Origin: Amphiscolops sp. MND2022
Lineage: Eukaryota
Direction of reading: 5' to 3'
Assembly (NCBI GenBank): GCA_964187785.1
Contig: OZ076413.1
Coordinates: 49,292,001-49,356,000, forward strand
DNA: 64,000 nt
This document shows, in pieces, positions 22,881-35,269 of the stretch; the stretch's first letter is position 1, and every line of letters starts with the position of its first letter. The notes below the pieces were generated by a model. The model saw only the letters and a program-made list of their open reading frames with translations. It was not told the origin of the DNA and searched no databases. A program made the translations under genes and the position numbers.

Positions 22881-24966
22881 TTTAGTTGAGAGAGAGAGAG
22901 TATCTTTGGAAAGATTGAATTCTTCATAGATTTAAGTTCTCTTTCGAACACGTAACGATAACGGAACAGAACTAATTTTTACAAAACGGATTACAAAACT
23001 CAATGAATTACATGTATGTTTTACATATTTATACCTTCCCAGCATCAATTGTTCCTCACCTAAAAATTCACAAAATCACAAAATCGGCTTTGTTCAACAA
23101 AAAGCGCTAATGATTCAAATTATTTCAGCCCGGCGTCATAAATTCAGGTATTGAAATTCCTAGTTGCGCCAGTATTCCGTAATACTTTGTTGAAATCATT
23201 TTTGTTCAGATAATCCATTTCCTGTTTGAGCTTCAAAATTGCGGCAAAATAGAAGTCTAGCTGACATTTTTATCAGCGTAGGCACGCCGGCGTGATCAAT
23301 TAGTCAACATTCAAGTTAGGAAATTGAGATTCGAAGCAAAAGAATGACACTCAAAAAGTACGACGGAAATGAAACGGAATTAAGAATTTCAGAAAATGGA
23401 AATGTTTAGTTATTAGAGAGGATAAATGATGCTGGAAGAATTTCACCAGAACACTTTGAACCACTGTTACATATCATGAAACCGACAACAATACTTATTT
23501 AGTACAAAATTACATAAACGTAAACACAACGGTATTTGTAGCGAAAAATAGGTTCGTATAAATTTTACGCCTCATATAATATTGGAATTAGTTGTGGATT
23601 TTACATGATCATTTTATAGGTCAAACTCAAATCAAACATAACTTGACTTCAATTAGATTACTACTTTAAAGTAGCATAAAATATGGACTTCCGGCGTTGT
23701 TACGCCAACATTAGTGTAAAGCATCAAAATGAAAGTTGTTCGTAATATAAAAAGGGGGGGGGAGGAAAACTTCATCGCACTCTTAACACTAGCTGCGTAC
23801 TTGATTATCTTTGATAAAAATAACATGTGTGTCCTTAATTGAAGGGATTACCTAGGTACAACTAGCACCGAACGTTATCCTCACGTTGTCTTTTTAAACT
23901 ACGTCTACGGAACGTAATAATATGATAATCAACATTAGTCTTCTAAAAAGGAGTCTTATGCAACGTGGTGTTATGGTAGTATCTTTACAATGCAAGATTA
24001 AAACACACGGTAAACTTTTCAATTCTCTCTTACAGTACAGCTTTCCTTATGTAAAGTTATTCCTGAAACCTTTAAATTCAGAAAGATCTCGTTTAACTTC
24101 CGTTTAGAACAATACGTCATAGTTGCTGTTTTTACAATTTGCTCCGTAGGCCTTCCGTAAGTATTAAGATTGGTTATAGCTGAGCGGCGGAATACAATTT
24201 TTCAATCCGCTCCGTAAGCGCTCCGTATGTATTAAGATTGGTTATAGCTGAGCAGCAGTAGCAAGCGGAGTGAAAACGGAGACCGTAGGCGATTTCATTC
24301 TCTTTCCTTAGCTAGTAAGCGTTGCTAAGTTCAACCCAGCGCAACTCTATTGGTATGAGCTCAAATAATTCCGCCAGCAAGCAACGCTGTTGGTCCGTAA
24401 AAAGAGAAACACCCGTTGCTAGCCTAGTTGAGTGACGCTGTCATAACGTTGTAAACATTTACTTAAAATCACTTGACTGCGGTTTTTAGTGGATATTTAA
24501 CAACTACTTTATTATTGAAATACATTTCCACTATATTTTGTATGTTCTTTCATTTTAGATCGTATGGACTCCGTTGGGATCTCGGAGTTAAATGTCGTCC
24601 CTGTGTTTTCATTTCAGTGTGGAGCAACAAAAATGATCCCATTTGCAAAAATGGTTTTGTTTTAGTATTTAGATTGGAATGGAAAACCTCAGAAGATAAA
24701 ACCGGAAATAAAACGGCGTTGCGTGTGAAAACATTAGACCGGAAGTTTTAGCTAGTTTAAAAGTCATTTCTGAAAAATCTTCCCTAACGCTTACGTTGAA
24801 TTCTGTATCTGGAAAACTATTTGCGCTTATTTAGCTGTACTGTAAGTAGAATTTGATTAGTTTAACAGAGTTTAAAAGTATTTACTTTGCCCTTGTCCGT
24901 GTCCTCTGCCGAATCCCGGTACTCCAGAGCAGCAAGTAAAATTACGACCGGGAGCGGGTCGTGACA
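22502..24966 (-). repeat. 5' LTR of element C
   Basis: TGTTACGAC...GTCGTGACA, followed by the TSD ATACA. Confidence 0.95.
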
Positions 24967-25271
24967 ATACAGCAAAATATCCATTAGTTCTTGAAGGTCT
25001 GTAAATAGTTCGTGATTTTATAAACTAGTGTTAGCACTGTTTAGATAATTCACAAACGTTAACTTTCAATACAAAACTTTTTTCAAATTTTGATTTTCGT
25101 GCTTTTCCATTGAGATATTATTCTAACATCTCACAAAGATCTGTCACAATTTTTGGTTCTGATCAACTTGATTCCTAAATTTAAGAATATCGTTTTCATA
25201 ATGTCTTTTTCCATTCAATATGTACCTTTGACACATTTCGCAATATATTGTGAAATGATATATTTTTTTAA

Positions 25272-25582
25272 AAAACGAGGAAAGTTTCTCGCAAGTTCCT
25301 TGATTAGGTTGTCTGAAGACTTTCCAATGTGCATTACAAACATTCCCATTGAATAACGGAGAACTGTCAAGTCTTTATTCTGTTTTTAAGAAAGCATAAA
25401 AACAAGATTCCTAGTGAAAAGTTACACATTTGGAAAAAAATTCTATTCCAAAAATGTCACTTGCAAAAAAAAGAATAAAGACTTGACAGTTCTCCGTTGT
25501 TTGATGGGAATGTTTGTAATGCACATTGGAAAGTCTTCAGACAATTTGATCAAGAAATTTGCGAGAACTTTCTCCTCATTTG
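25272..25582. mobile_element. Palindromic MITE (~110-bp arms) flanked by TTAA
   Basis: 25272-25380 is the near reverse complement of 25473-25582. TTAA at 25268-25271 and 25583-25586. Confidence 0.8.
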
Positions 25583-25848
25583 TTAACTCATCTGCTCATT
25601 ACTAGGTCGAAGTTAAGACAACAAGTCTGTGGAAACAATTGCCTGCCTATCACTATTCTATAACATTCAGCTTGCTGCTTAATCAGTGTTCTAAGGTGAA
25701 CTGTTTCCGACAAAAAATAACAAGCCGGGAACGGCCCAAGTCGGCGCCATATCTAAGGCTCAAAAGTAGCAAAAGGACTTCAAAGTGTCAAGTATTCTCT
25801 TCTACAGTACCCGCTTGAGGAAAAATTGGAAAAAAATTCCGAACTTTT

Positions 25849-28800
25849 TTAACGACCAGCTAGCGACGCACATCTAGGTAGAGGGACAATGCCTAGGGTG
25901 CTTAAACAGGAGACCGTTGTCTTACTACAGCCCTAGGCACTAGTTTTTAATCCCAAAATGGTCTCCAAGGGGGACTTTTCTATCGTCTGAGGAGGCTTCT
26001 CTAGTTAGAGCTCCGAAGCGACGTGCCGGCACTCTCAAAGTCCGGACACGCCCCACAAGCCTGTAAAAACGTATCCTAGGTTCCTAATGCGTTCCTGCTA
26101 TCTCCTACATACTTCCGAGGCCAAAAAACAGAGGTTTAGCTAAAGTACATCAATTTTGTGAATAAGATCTAAAATGGGCAAAACAGGGATCTAATAGATC
26201 CTGAACCATCATAAATCTGCAAAATAAAGGGCAATAGCTACCAATGCACTGAAAATGATAAAACATGCTGATTTTCATACAGTTTCCAAAGTCTTCGGGC
26301 AAACCACCGTCGAATTGTCGATCTCCTTCGGACCTTCCAGGTCATCCTTTGAGGGTATGACACAACCCGTGGTTTTGTTCTTTTTAGCCTCTTCTGGGTT
26401 TCTTCGGGTGTCAGGGACAACAAGGTCTGTCTCTCGGGCTGGGTTTGGCACCGTTCTGCTTTTTTTCGCTTCCTCTACGGTTTTCGTACCTGCCGGGTCG
26501 GCCATCTTGAGTGTGCTTGTTTGATGTCGCACATTTCGAATTTTTGATCGAAAATTTCAAAAACTTCTGCAACGCCGACTGCCGGCCGTTACATCCACCC
26601 CGGGCCGTAGTTTGTCGTCCTCGAAAAACGAGAGAGGATGTTCACATCTTGGTTGCCACCATCCAGTGACCCAGTGATACTGTTGCAACATGGTACTTCA
26701 GGAATCTAAATGGAAATCGTTGCCCAAAAGCATATTACTGCCCAAAAACATGAGTTTTTGCCAGCCTAGCAGGTTTCTTCGGTTTCCACGCCCACTGGGT
26801 CCTAGCACTGGAATACTATTAGCAACTTTAGACACTTAGCATTGTATTCAAAACGTTTTCAAACTTTTAATTTCGCACCAAAATTTCAAAAATTTCTAGC
26901 ATCTTATTGCATCTGCATAAAAAGCACTCATCACAAGGTTTGGCACTGGCCAGGGGCCCACCTGATAAGTTAGGTTTTACAAATTGCACAATAGCACTTG
27001 AAAAGCGAAAAATGAAAGTAACAGCTGTGGTCTTGCAAAAGTGTCATAGTTCATGGTCAACAGAAACTGCACAATAACTGGCACTAATGGTGAAACAGGC
27101 CTCAAAAAATCAAAAATATCACCAAAAACGAGGAAATATTCAATCTATTGTGTCAGCAGTGTACGCTCAGTTAAAGGTATTGTCTAGGTAGTACAAGCAC
27201 CAGTGTATATGCAAGAGATGGAAACAAACTACTTCTCAAGAGGGGACAATGTCACTAACGATGATAGAGCAGAACCAATAAAAGTAAAAAATCAGGCATG
27301 ATAGATCATGAAAACAGACATTGGCATTAAAAACAAGTTCCAGAGCAATCATTCGAGGTCTAAAAGCACGGCCGCTGGCCAAGCAGTTCTCAGAGCTTCG
27401 AAGTTCTAGGTGTTTCATCATGCTTGCTGTTGACTTCTCTCGGGTGAGTATGGGTACTCCCCGGGCCAATCTCTTGTCCGGTGTTTTCACAACGACATGG
27501 TTCATGTAACTGTGGTACCGAGCACCAAGGTACACCTTAGGCATGCATGGAGCAACGAACACTGATTTTTTGAGAAGCCTGCTTGGCTACAGATGTTAGA
27601 TTGTCTGAAATATCCGCTTGTCACTCATGCTGCCATGTTTCTGGAGAGTACAAGTGATGACCAAAATGTAAATAGGGACTATGGGTAGACCTTGGGGGTG
27701 AGTGGGAGGAGAAACACTGATTTTGAAGTGGTTTCTTGCCTTACGATCGTATTACGATTAGAAAAAGCGTTCTTGTTCAACTATGGTAGTCACTGGTGTA
27801 CTTGTTGTTCTGTTTTGAGACGCACTGCGTTCAAAGTCTAAAGCTCTAAAAGGGCCTATAAACGTGCTCTTGCACCCACGGGGTACACAAAACATCGAGC
27901 ATGCATGTTCACAATGGATAGATTGCACTTGGGTGACTTTGATAGCAGTCAGGAAGCGAATTTTTATTTTCAGTTTTTCACCTCTATGTTTCGTAGACCG
28001 GTTTTCTCAGAGACTCGAGATCTTAGGGTCAGCTTAGCACTAATCAAAGTAATTCAAGAAGACGTCCTGAGGGCGCTTGGTATGCTAATTGAGTCGTCTT
28101 GGCCCTCACTGGCACGTACACTGAGAAAAACTATGTGATTTTTTGCAAAAATGCCCAAAATCAACAATTTTTTCGTCAACATGCACCTCCGGGGAAGGTG
28201 AAAATCACTTGTAGCGCTGCTAGCGACCTGAAAATTTCACACCGTCTAATACACTGGCGGAATCGTTAGGAATGAACCTCCGATTGCGATAAAATTGACC
28301 CTGTGGGTGTCACGGCTACTTAACAATGTTCTTTGAAAAATTGACTGTCTAGTAATTTGCAAAAAGTGGTCAAACTCGCCTTCTAGGCGTCCCAGTCTCC
28401 TGAAATTTTGCATGCGAGCGTAACTTTTAACTACGTAACAGAAAAACAGAGCGGCGAGGTGCTTCGAACAATATGTGGCGTTATGAAGTGACAAAACGTT
28501 GATGTACCAGAGGTACCACTTTTTCGGGTCAAAAATCACAAAAATGTCAATTTCTCAGCTTTGGCTAGTAGCCGGCTGCTCAAATTGCACAAATCGTCGT
28601 GATCTAGTGCCGTGCGCACGAAAATTCAAGAATTTTAGTGCTGGGATACCTGCGAGGTATTGCACTATGCTCAACTAAAATTCAAATTTTTTCGACATTT
28701 TCATACGATTTTTGAGCAAAACTGCGGCTAAGATTTCTCAATTACTGGTATTGCTAGCGCTACAAAAATTACAACACTAACGTAACTTTTTATGGTCTAC

Positions 28801-30945
28801 ACGATGGTGCAATCCGTTTGAGACTGCTCCTACTCGGAGAGATTTCGACCTGTGCTGGAAGCACTACTACATGGTTCCCAAAATGTCGCAAAAATAACGC
28901 ATTTTCGGCTATTTCTCAACAACCACTGGTTGGAATCACTAGCGGTTTTCTGCGTTTGTAACGTTACACTTTATAATAACAGAAAATAGACAAGCGAAAC
29001 CTGGTAAGTTCCAAAATAGGTCTCTCAAAAAATTTTCAAATTGCACTTTTTACACTCTCGGAACAGTACTGAAAATGCGTATTTTCACTAAGAAATTTTT
29101 ATTTCCTGGTTCTCAGACGTTCCAAATGGCTCTAACAGTAGTGCTAGAAGGTGTAACATTTTTATTGAGGGGACTGGGGTTGTATCAATAATTAATTAGT
29201 TCTTCACACCGCTCAGGTCTATGTGGTCCTCTACTCAGGTCTATATATAATGAAAGAAAAACACTGATAAATTTTCAATTTATATGGGGGAGGTTAAAAA
29301 TTGTCTTGGCAGTAGTATTTTGTACTACCAAGCTCGGGAAAACAGTTTTTGGGCTGTTCTAGAAGCTCTGGAAAAATTACCCAGTGCTTCGCCCTCACCA
29401 AATTTGGTCTTTTAGGCCAAATTTGACGTTTTCTCAACAAAAATCGCTAAATTTTTTGGTGTTCTCGCAATTTAGCTAAACAAAAAGTTTTGTTCCTGAC
29501 CTGGTAGTTCTATTGGAACGTTTTTTCAGTATTCCCACTGGCCGTACACAGTTGTACAAAAATGTGACTTTTTAAAACTGTAAAATCAAAATTTCAGCTG
29601 TATAGGGTGCTACTTTCAAGGTTTTCGCGCTCAAATTTTTTTTAAAACCGGTCCGAATACCCACTGGGTATTTTTTCCAGTTAGTTGACGTAGAAATAGG
29701 CCTGGGAATACAGTTTTTGGGCTGAAAAAGGTAACGGGAACGAAATAACCCAGCTGTCGTCGTAGAATTGGCAGCAGGAGGGGAGGTGGAGGCTATGACG
29801 TGAAGCACGTGACGTCCTGCACTCAGCTAGTTGGGGCCTTCACGAATTGTCCTCACAGTCCCTGTACACTGCCAATTAGCTGAAAAGGAGCTGAAAAACC
29901 CCTTAAAACACGTTCCGGATAAGCCGGAATAGCTATTTCAACAGCTATGAAAAGGGCAAAAAGTGTACTCTGTTTAAAATCGTATATTTCTCGTTCCAGG
30001 CCTCGGAAACATGCAGGAAACGCAGGAAAAATACTAGAACAAAACCCAAAGGGCCAGAAAAAGGCAATAAAAACAATCTAGGACTCTCATATAAGTTTTC
30101 CTGAATCTGGACCCTCCGGGGCCGGAAAGCAGAAGTTGCTCCTACTTGTACGCAAAATGAAAAATATCCCTCTGTGGTCGCCATAAAAACTATTCCATAT
30201 GTAACGACTGGCTAGCGACGCACATCTAGGAAGAGGGACAATGCCTAGGGTGCTTAAACAGGAGACCGTTGTCTTACTACAGGCCTAGGCACTAGTTTTT
30301 AATCCCAAAATGGTCTCCAAGGGGGACTTTTCTATCGTCTGAGGAGGCTTCTCTAGTTAGAGCTCCGAAGCGACGTGCCGGCACTCTCAAAGTCCGGACA
30401 CGCCCCACAAGCCTGTAAAAACGTATCCTAGGTTCCTAATGCGTTCCTGCTATCTCCTACATACTTCCGAGGCCAAAAAACAGAGGTTTAGCTAAATTAC
30501 ATCAATTTTGTGAATAAGATCTAAAATGGGCAAAACAGGGATCTAATAGATCCTGAACCATCATAAATCTGCAAAATAAAGGGCAATAGCTACCAATGCA
30601 CTGAAAATGATAAAACATGCTGATTTTCATACAGTTTCCTGAGTCTTTGGGCAAACCACCGTCGAATTGTCGATCTCCTTCGGACCTTCCAGGTCATCCT
30701 TTGAGGGTATGACACAACCCGTGGTTTTGTTCTTTTTAGCCTCTTCTGGGTTTCTTCGGGTGTCAGGGACAACAAGGTCTGTCTCTCGGGCTGGGTCTGG
30801 CACCGTTCTGCCTTTTTTCGCTTCCTCTACTGTTTTCGTACCTGCCGGGTCGGCCATCTTGAATGTGCTTGTTTGATGTCGCACATTTCGAATTTTTGAT
30901 CGAAAATTTCAAAAACTTCTGCAACGCCGACTGCCGGACGTTACA
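25849..30945 (-). mobile_element. Element A: 5.1-kb non-coding (LARD-like) LTR retroelement
   Basis: ~745-bp LTRs (25849-26593 and 30200-30945, roughly a dozen differences by eye), T-run TSD, PBS at 30166-30183, PPT-like GGGGTGGA. No gag or pol in the 3.6-kb interior. Confidence 0.9.
30166..30183 (-). promoter_or_regulatory. PBS of element A (tRNA-Arg-like)
   Basis: TGGCGACCACAGAGGGAT, identical to the PBS of element B and 16 nt from the LTR. Confidence 0.8.
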
Positions 30946-32260
30946 TTTTCCAATTTTTTTCCAATTTTTTTTGGTTTCCGGTAAGTCGCATAGTGCCGGA
31001 ACATGTAAAAGGGGGCACTCTGGGAGTCTTTGAACATCCATTTTTTGCAAAATAGACAAAAAAATAACGGGTGGATCCTTTGGAGATATTTGCGAAAAAA
31101 AGTCTCACAAAGCCGAAAAAAAAATTGCACAAAAAAAATTTGGTCAAGGGCGGGACTCGAACCCATGGCCGTAACCTCTATGCCAAGTGGCAGTGAAGTA
31201 GTGTGGCAGTGAAGTAGTGTGGCAGTAGTGGCAGTTTAGTGTTAGTCGGTCAACTTATAAAATTTATAAAATCTGTCAGTTCGTTGGTCTTAAAAAAAAG
31301 AAGTCACTACTATAGTCTGCGTTTTTCTTCGAAAAGCGCCGACTAAAAAAAGAAGTCACTACTATAGTCTGCGTTTTTCTTCGAAAAGCGCCGACTAGAA
31401 AAAACACTTTTTTTCATGAAACATTTTTTCTACATGTTCGCTCATCTGCTGGTTACTGGGCTGAAAACTTTTGTGTGTTGTTATTCTCCTACAACTTCAA
31501 TTTGCTGAGGGTGCTTGCTACTAGAGTTTATAGTTTTTCCTAAAACAATAGTATGGCACCAGAACAAAAACTAAGCAGTAACATCACAGTCACGATTCGA
31601 GACTATTCAACACTTCAAAAAAGTTCCCGAGTCTCACAGTGACAAGTTTTTTCTCCATATCAAAGAGCTCACACCGAATATTCCGCTATTTCAGACCTTC
31701 AGCAACTTCAACTCGTTTAAAAGAAAGCGTTCACATCATTTCCTATTATTGAGCGCGCCTTTGTTCGCGCATTACGAATGCGGAATAGAGCGAAGGAACG
31801 CGTTTTTTTCCGTAACTATGCGACATTTTCGAAATTAGTTTTTCCACCAAGTCTTACTCTCTGGTTTTTTCATGATTTCAAAGCGCACTGAATGTTTGCA
31901 TTCATGCTTTTGAGAGCCAAAGTTCCCAGAGAACAATTAATCAGTCAGAAAAACACATATCACACATGCTGAGATTGTTGAATGAATAAATAATAGACGA
32001 TGTCTTAGGCATTTTCAATCATTTTTAAAACAAGACGCCCGCTGACCAGCGAGATGTTTTCCACCCCGAACTGTTTTACAACGACATCAAAATAAATTTG
32101 AGGCTCAAGAGCAGCAAAGTAGTATGAAAATGCAAAGAAATTTGAAAAGTTTTGATTGATCTTAGGCCATATCTAAAGGCAACACTTATTTTATAAACAC
32201 ACTAAGCACCTAGTTATTTTGTTGTTGAGCTATGTGGATACCAGCAACTAACATATCAGT

Positions 32261-33346
32261 TTTTTAGCCGGCGCTTATCTTCAGAAAAAAGCGACTACAG
32301 CCATGGCTTTCGGTCAGTTTTTAGTCCGCGCTTTTCTAGTGCCCGACTCTTACAGTGGCTAGTTTTTAGTCGGCGCCTTTTCCCTTAAGGAAAAAAGCCC
32401 GACTCTTACAGTGAGTAGTTTTTTTTTGTTTTTTTTTCAGTTGACAATCTCACTCTGAGTGGTCCACTTTTCTTACAATTTGTTCATCTTTCATATTTGT
32501 TCATCTTCCATCTTCGACCCAGCCGGAGAGCGTGGGTTCGATTCTCGCACTAAACCATAAATTTTTTAATGCTTCCAAAAGTACAGGTGAGACCAAAGGG
32601 TCCCCCCCTTGGGTTTTTTTTCGGCACTATGCGACTTTTTTCGAAAATTTTTGAAATTTTTCAAAGGGTACCCCCTTGCATTTTTTGAAGTTTTCGGTTT
32701 GTAGAAAACGTTGAATGAGCCTGAATGGACTCTTTTTGAGTTTTTCGGCATTGTGCGACTTAAAAAATACATTTTTCGAAAAAAAATTCAAAAATAATTT
32801 CTTTGAAAAAAAATAATTTTTTCCAAATTTTTCCAATAGTTGTTCCTTGAATATTTTTGAGCCTAAGATATGGCGCCGACTTGGGACGTTCCCGTCTTGT
32901 TTTTTTTTCGTCAGACTACAATCTCACTCTGATTTGGCCACTTTTCTTACAATCGAAACTACTAAAACTACTACCATAAGGCCAAGTCCGGTCAGCGGAA
33001 ATTAGTGCAAAAGGGTCCCCCTTTCATTTTTACTATTTTAACGTAACCTACAAAACCGGACGAGACTAAAGGGTCCCCCCTTTCGGCATTTTTTTTCGGC
33101 ATTGTGCGACTTTTTTTCGAAATTTTTTAATGTCTCAAAGGAGTCCCCCTTTCGAGTTTTTTGATATTTTGCAACAGAATATATGTTAATAAAGCCCAAA
33201 TGGTCCCCCCTTTTACATTTTTCGGCACTATGCGACATTTTCTGAAAGAAAAAAATTCAAAAATTTCAAGTTTTTTTCCAAAAATTTTTTTTTTGCGTTT
33301 TTTGAGCCTTAGATATAGCGCCGACTTTAGACGTTCCCGTCTTGTT
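32261..33346 (+). mobile_element. Tandem DINE-1/HINE-like copies (three 5' ends, two 3' ends)
   Basis: TTTTTAG(T/C)C(G/C)GCGC starts near 32261, 32318 and 32363. 3' ends GCGCCGACTT..GACGTTCCCGTCTTGTT near 32901 and 33346. Internal AAAGGGTCCCCCC units. Confidence 0.7.
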
Positions 33347-34234
33347 TCTCATTTTTTGGATTTCAGTAGGTGTTTTTGAGGCCACTTTGAGGTATTTTAA
33401 CATTACAACCTGTATATATCTCTTGACTAAAACCTCATGGGCAAAAGTTTTTTCTCTTGTTCAACAGTTTTACCATTCTAACACACGAAGACTAACGAAA
33501 ATTTGACAGAATTTGAATTAAAAGAGTGAAATTCGAAAAATTTCGGATTTTGTGTCTATTTTGGTGTCATTTATCTCTTCATAAACTGGACAGCGAATTC
33601 TTGCTTTGTTGTGTTGAACGTTTTCAGGATTCAAATCCACGAAGTCTATCAAAAATTTGACAAAAATTGCATTAAAACTTTTAAAATCTGGAAATTTTGG
33701 AGGTTCTGGTTTTTTGGAATTATTTTGGGTCATATGGGGTCATTCTGGCCATACTCCACAACAGCCCAAAAATCCCTACAAATACTTATCGCACGAAGTT
33801 GAATTAAGGTGAAATGAATTCTATTGCTGACACCCTTCAATTTGAATATAAATTTGGAACATGGCATTTTTGTTAAAAAAAAACGCGGCTGAATTTAAAT
33901 ATTTTCCTCTCTCATATGGAATATAAAGTAATGTTTTAGTGTTTAAAATAGTCTAGGTCAGGACATTTCAAAAAACCTCTTTAAACTTAAAGAGACAAAG
34001 AGGCATGGAGATATCACTGAAATTGATATAGAACCAGCTCCTTCTTGGGCTCCTTCTTGCTGGCTTCAGATAGAAGTTTTCTTTTCAGCTCCAAATAATA
34101 GTAAAGCTCAAGATTCGAACTGGGTTTCGTTTCAGAAAGTCTTTGGGACTCGAGAAGCTTCGAGAGTAAGTTGAACTATGTGAAAATGGAATAGTTCTGG
34201 ATAATTGCCGCTTCAGTATAGGGGAGTGTTTCAG

Positions 34235-34282
34235 ACTGCAGTGACATCAAATGCCAGCGATATTACAACCACAAATGTGGAG
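34235..34282 (+). CDS. 48-nt phase-1/1 micro-exon (DCSDIKCQRYYNHKCG) of the host gene
   Basis: tttcag| acceptor, |gtgagc donor, length divisible by 3, Cys-rich, same phase as the neighbouring exons. Confidence 0.55.
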
Positions 34283-34579
34283 GTGAGCAAATGATGTCGT
34301 ATGTAGACTTATAATTGCTCGAGTTATTTTTAACTTGGTTATAGAAACACTGATTACTGCACAAACACATTTAACGGAGTTATAAATATTTTCCCCCAGG
34401 TTTTCTTTCAAATTTTCCTCAATCGACGAATACGTTGCGTTATAAAAACCAGATTGAATCGTCAGAACAAGTTTTCATGAGTGAGGAAGGATTATGCCAA
34501 CGAAATGATGTTTTTAGTATATTTATGTTGGATATTCAATAGTTGAGCTTTTGTTTTTTTCCGGAAACAATTGATTCAG

Positions 34580-34783
34580 AACTCCACGGACAACCCAAAT
34601 TGACCGATTTCAACAAGACATCTTGCCTTCCATGCTCCCCTTTTGTGACCAATCAGACAGAGACACGCAAATGCCAGTGGTTTGAAGGAAACCCGGATAA
34701 TGACAGCTGTGTGTTCCGAGAAAGCTTCTCCAATAGTGAGTCTTGCGACTACGCAAGTTTGGAGAAACCGTGTTCTGTGCATG
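34580..34783 (+). CDS. Host exon, 6-Cys module 1
   Basis: ttcag|AACTC...CATG|gtgagt, 204 nt, phase 1/1. CLPCSP..TRKCQWFEG..C..N..C..L..C. Confidence 0.88.
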
Positions 34784-35040
34784 GTGAGTTCACTGTTTTT
34801 AATACATTCATGTCAGCAGTAACTACTGACTTTAGCGACGAAGAACTTTCAGTTCTAAAACTTTCAAATACTATTTTGAAATAAGTATTTAGTGGATCGC
34901 ATCTGGACACGAAACTTGTAGTCTTACATTTTTGACGAACTTATTGATGAATGATTATTTTTAGTGATTATTTCGGTGATAAAGAAAGGTTTTCGATATA
35001 CAAAGTCTTTCAGAATGTTTGATGATACTTGTTACCTCAG

Positions 35041-35238
35041 AGGCGTTCTTACCCTACGTGACGGAGTTTGATGACGGTGATTGTAACTTGTGTGCACCCA
35101 ACAAACAAACTCAACGTAGGAAAAGAGAATGTGTTTGGTTCGAGGGCTCTCATTTTGGAGAATGCATAGAAAGAAGAACTTCGAACAACACCGAAATTTG
35201 TTCTGGTATTCCCCTTCAAGAAAATTGTCCTCCAAATG
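35041..35238 (+). CDS. Host exon, 6-Cys module 2
   Basis: cctcag|AGGCG...AATG|gtacga, 198 nt, phase 1/1. CNLCAP..KRECVWFEG. Confidence 0.88.
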
Positions 35239-35269
35239 GTACGATTCTTAAGATAACCCAAAGTTTTAA

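Larger units (their letters stand above)
18429..23073 (-). repeat. Tandem duplication of ~2.32 kb (18429-20744 and 20745-23073) covering the LTR end, PBS, gag and start of pol
   Basis: Near-identical ORF pairs in the ORF track. Junction ...cacctaaaaactcacaaac|ttcttcctgagtg at 20744/20745. Confidence 0.95.
7249..24966 (-). mobile_element. Element C: 17.7-kb Ty3/gypsy LTR retrotransposon (decayed) with accessory genes
   Basis: Two ~2.47-kb TG...CA LTRs, 5-bp TSD ATACA (7244-7248 and 24967-24971), PBS, gag with zinc knuckles, and pol in PR-RT-RH-IN order on the minus strand. Confidence 0.95.
25719..31397 (-). mobile_element. DINE-1/HINE-like non-autonomous rolling-circle element, interrupted by element A
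   Basis: Minus strand begins with a TAGTCGGCGCTTTTCGAAGAAAAACGCAGACT hairpin (52-bp end duplicated) and ends GCGCCGACTTGGGCCGTTCCCGGCTTGTT (subTIR plus stem-loop). Internal GTGGCAGT repeats. Confidence 0.7.

Noticed and set aside
26275..26532. 85-aa ORF in the LTRs of element A (also 30627-30884)
   Set aside because: It appears twice only because the LTR is duplicated. It has no recognisable domain, and its CAAGATGGC start looks equally like a YY1-type promoter motif.
31141..31170. tRNA gene (also 32520-32550)
   Set aside because: Only a B-box/T-arm-like piece inside a repeat; no cloverleaf could be folded.
34186..34234. Alternative ATG start with a signal-peptide-like ME*FWIIAASV*GSV
   Set aside because: It has two in-frame TAG stops, and a good acceptor at 34234 explains the exon. 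It could be a decayed first exon, but this is unsupported.
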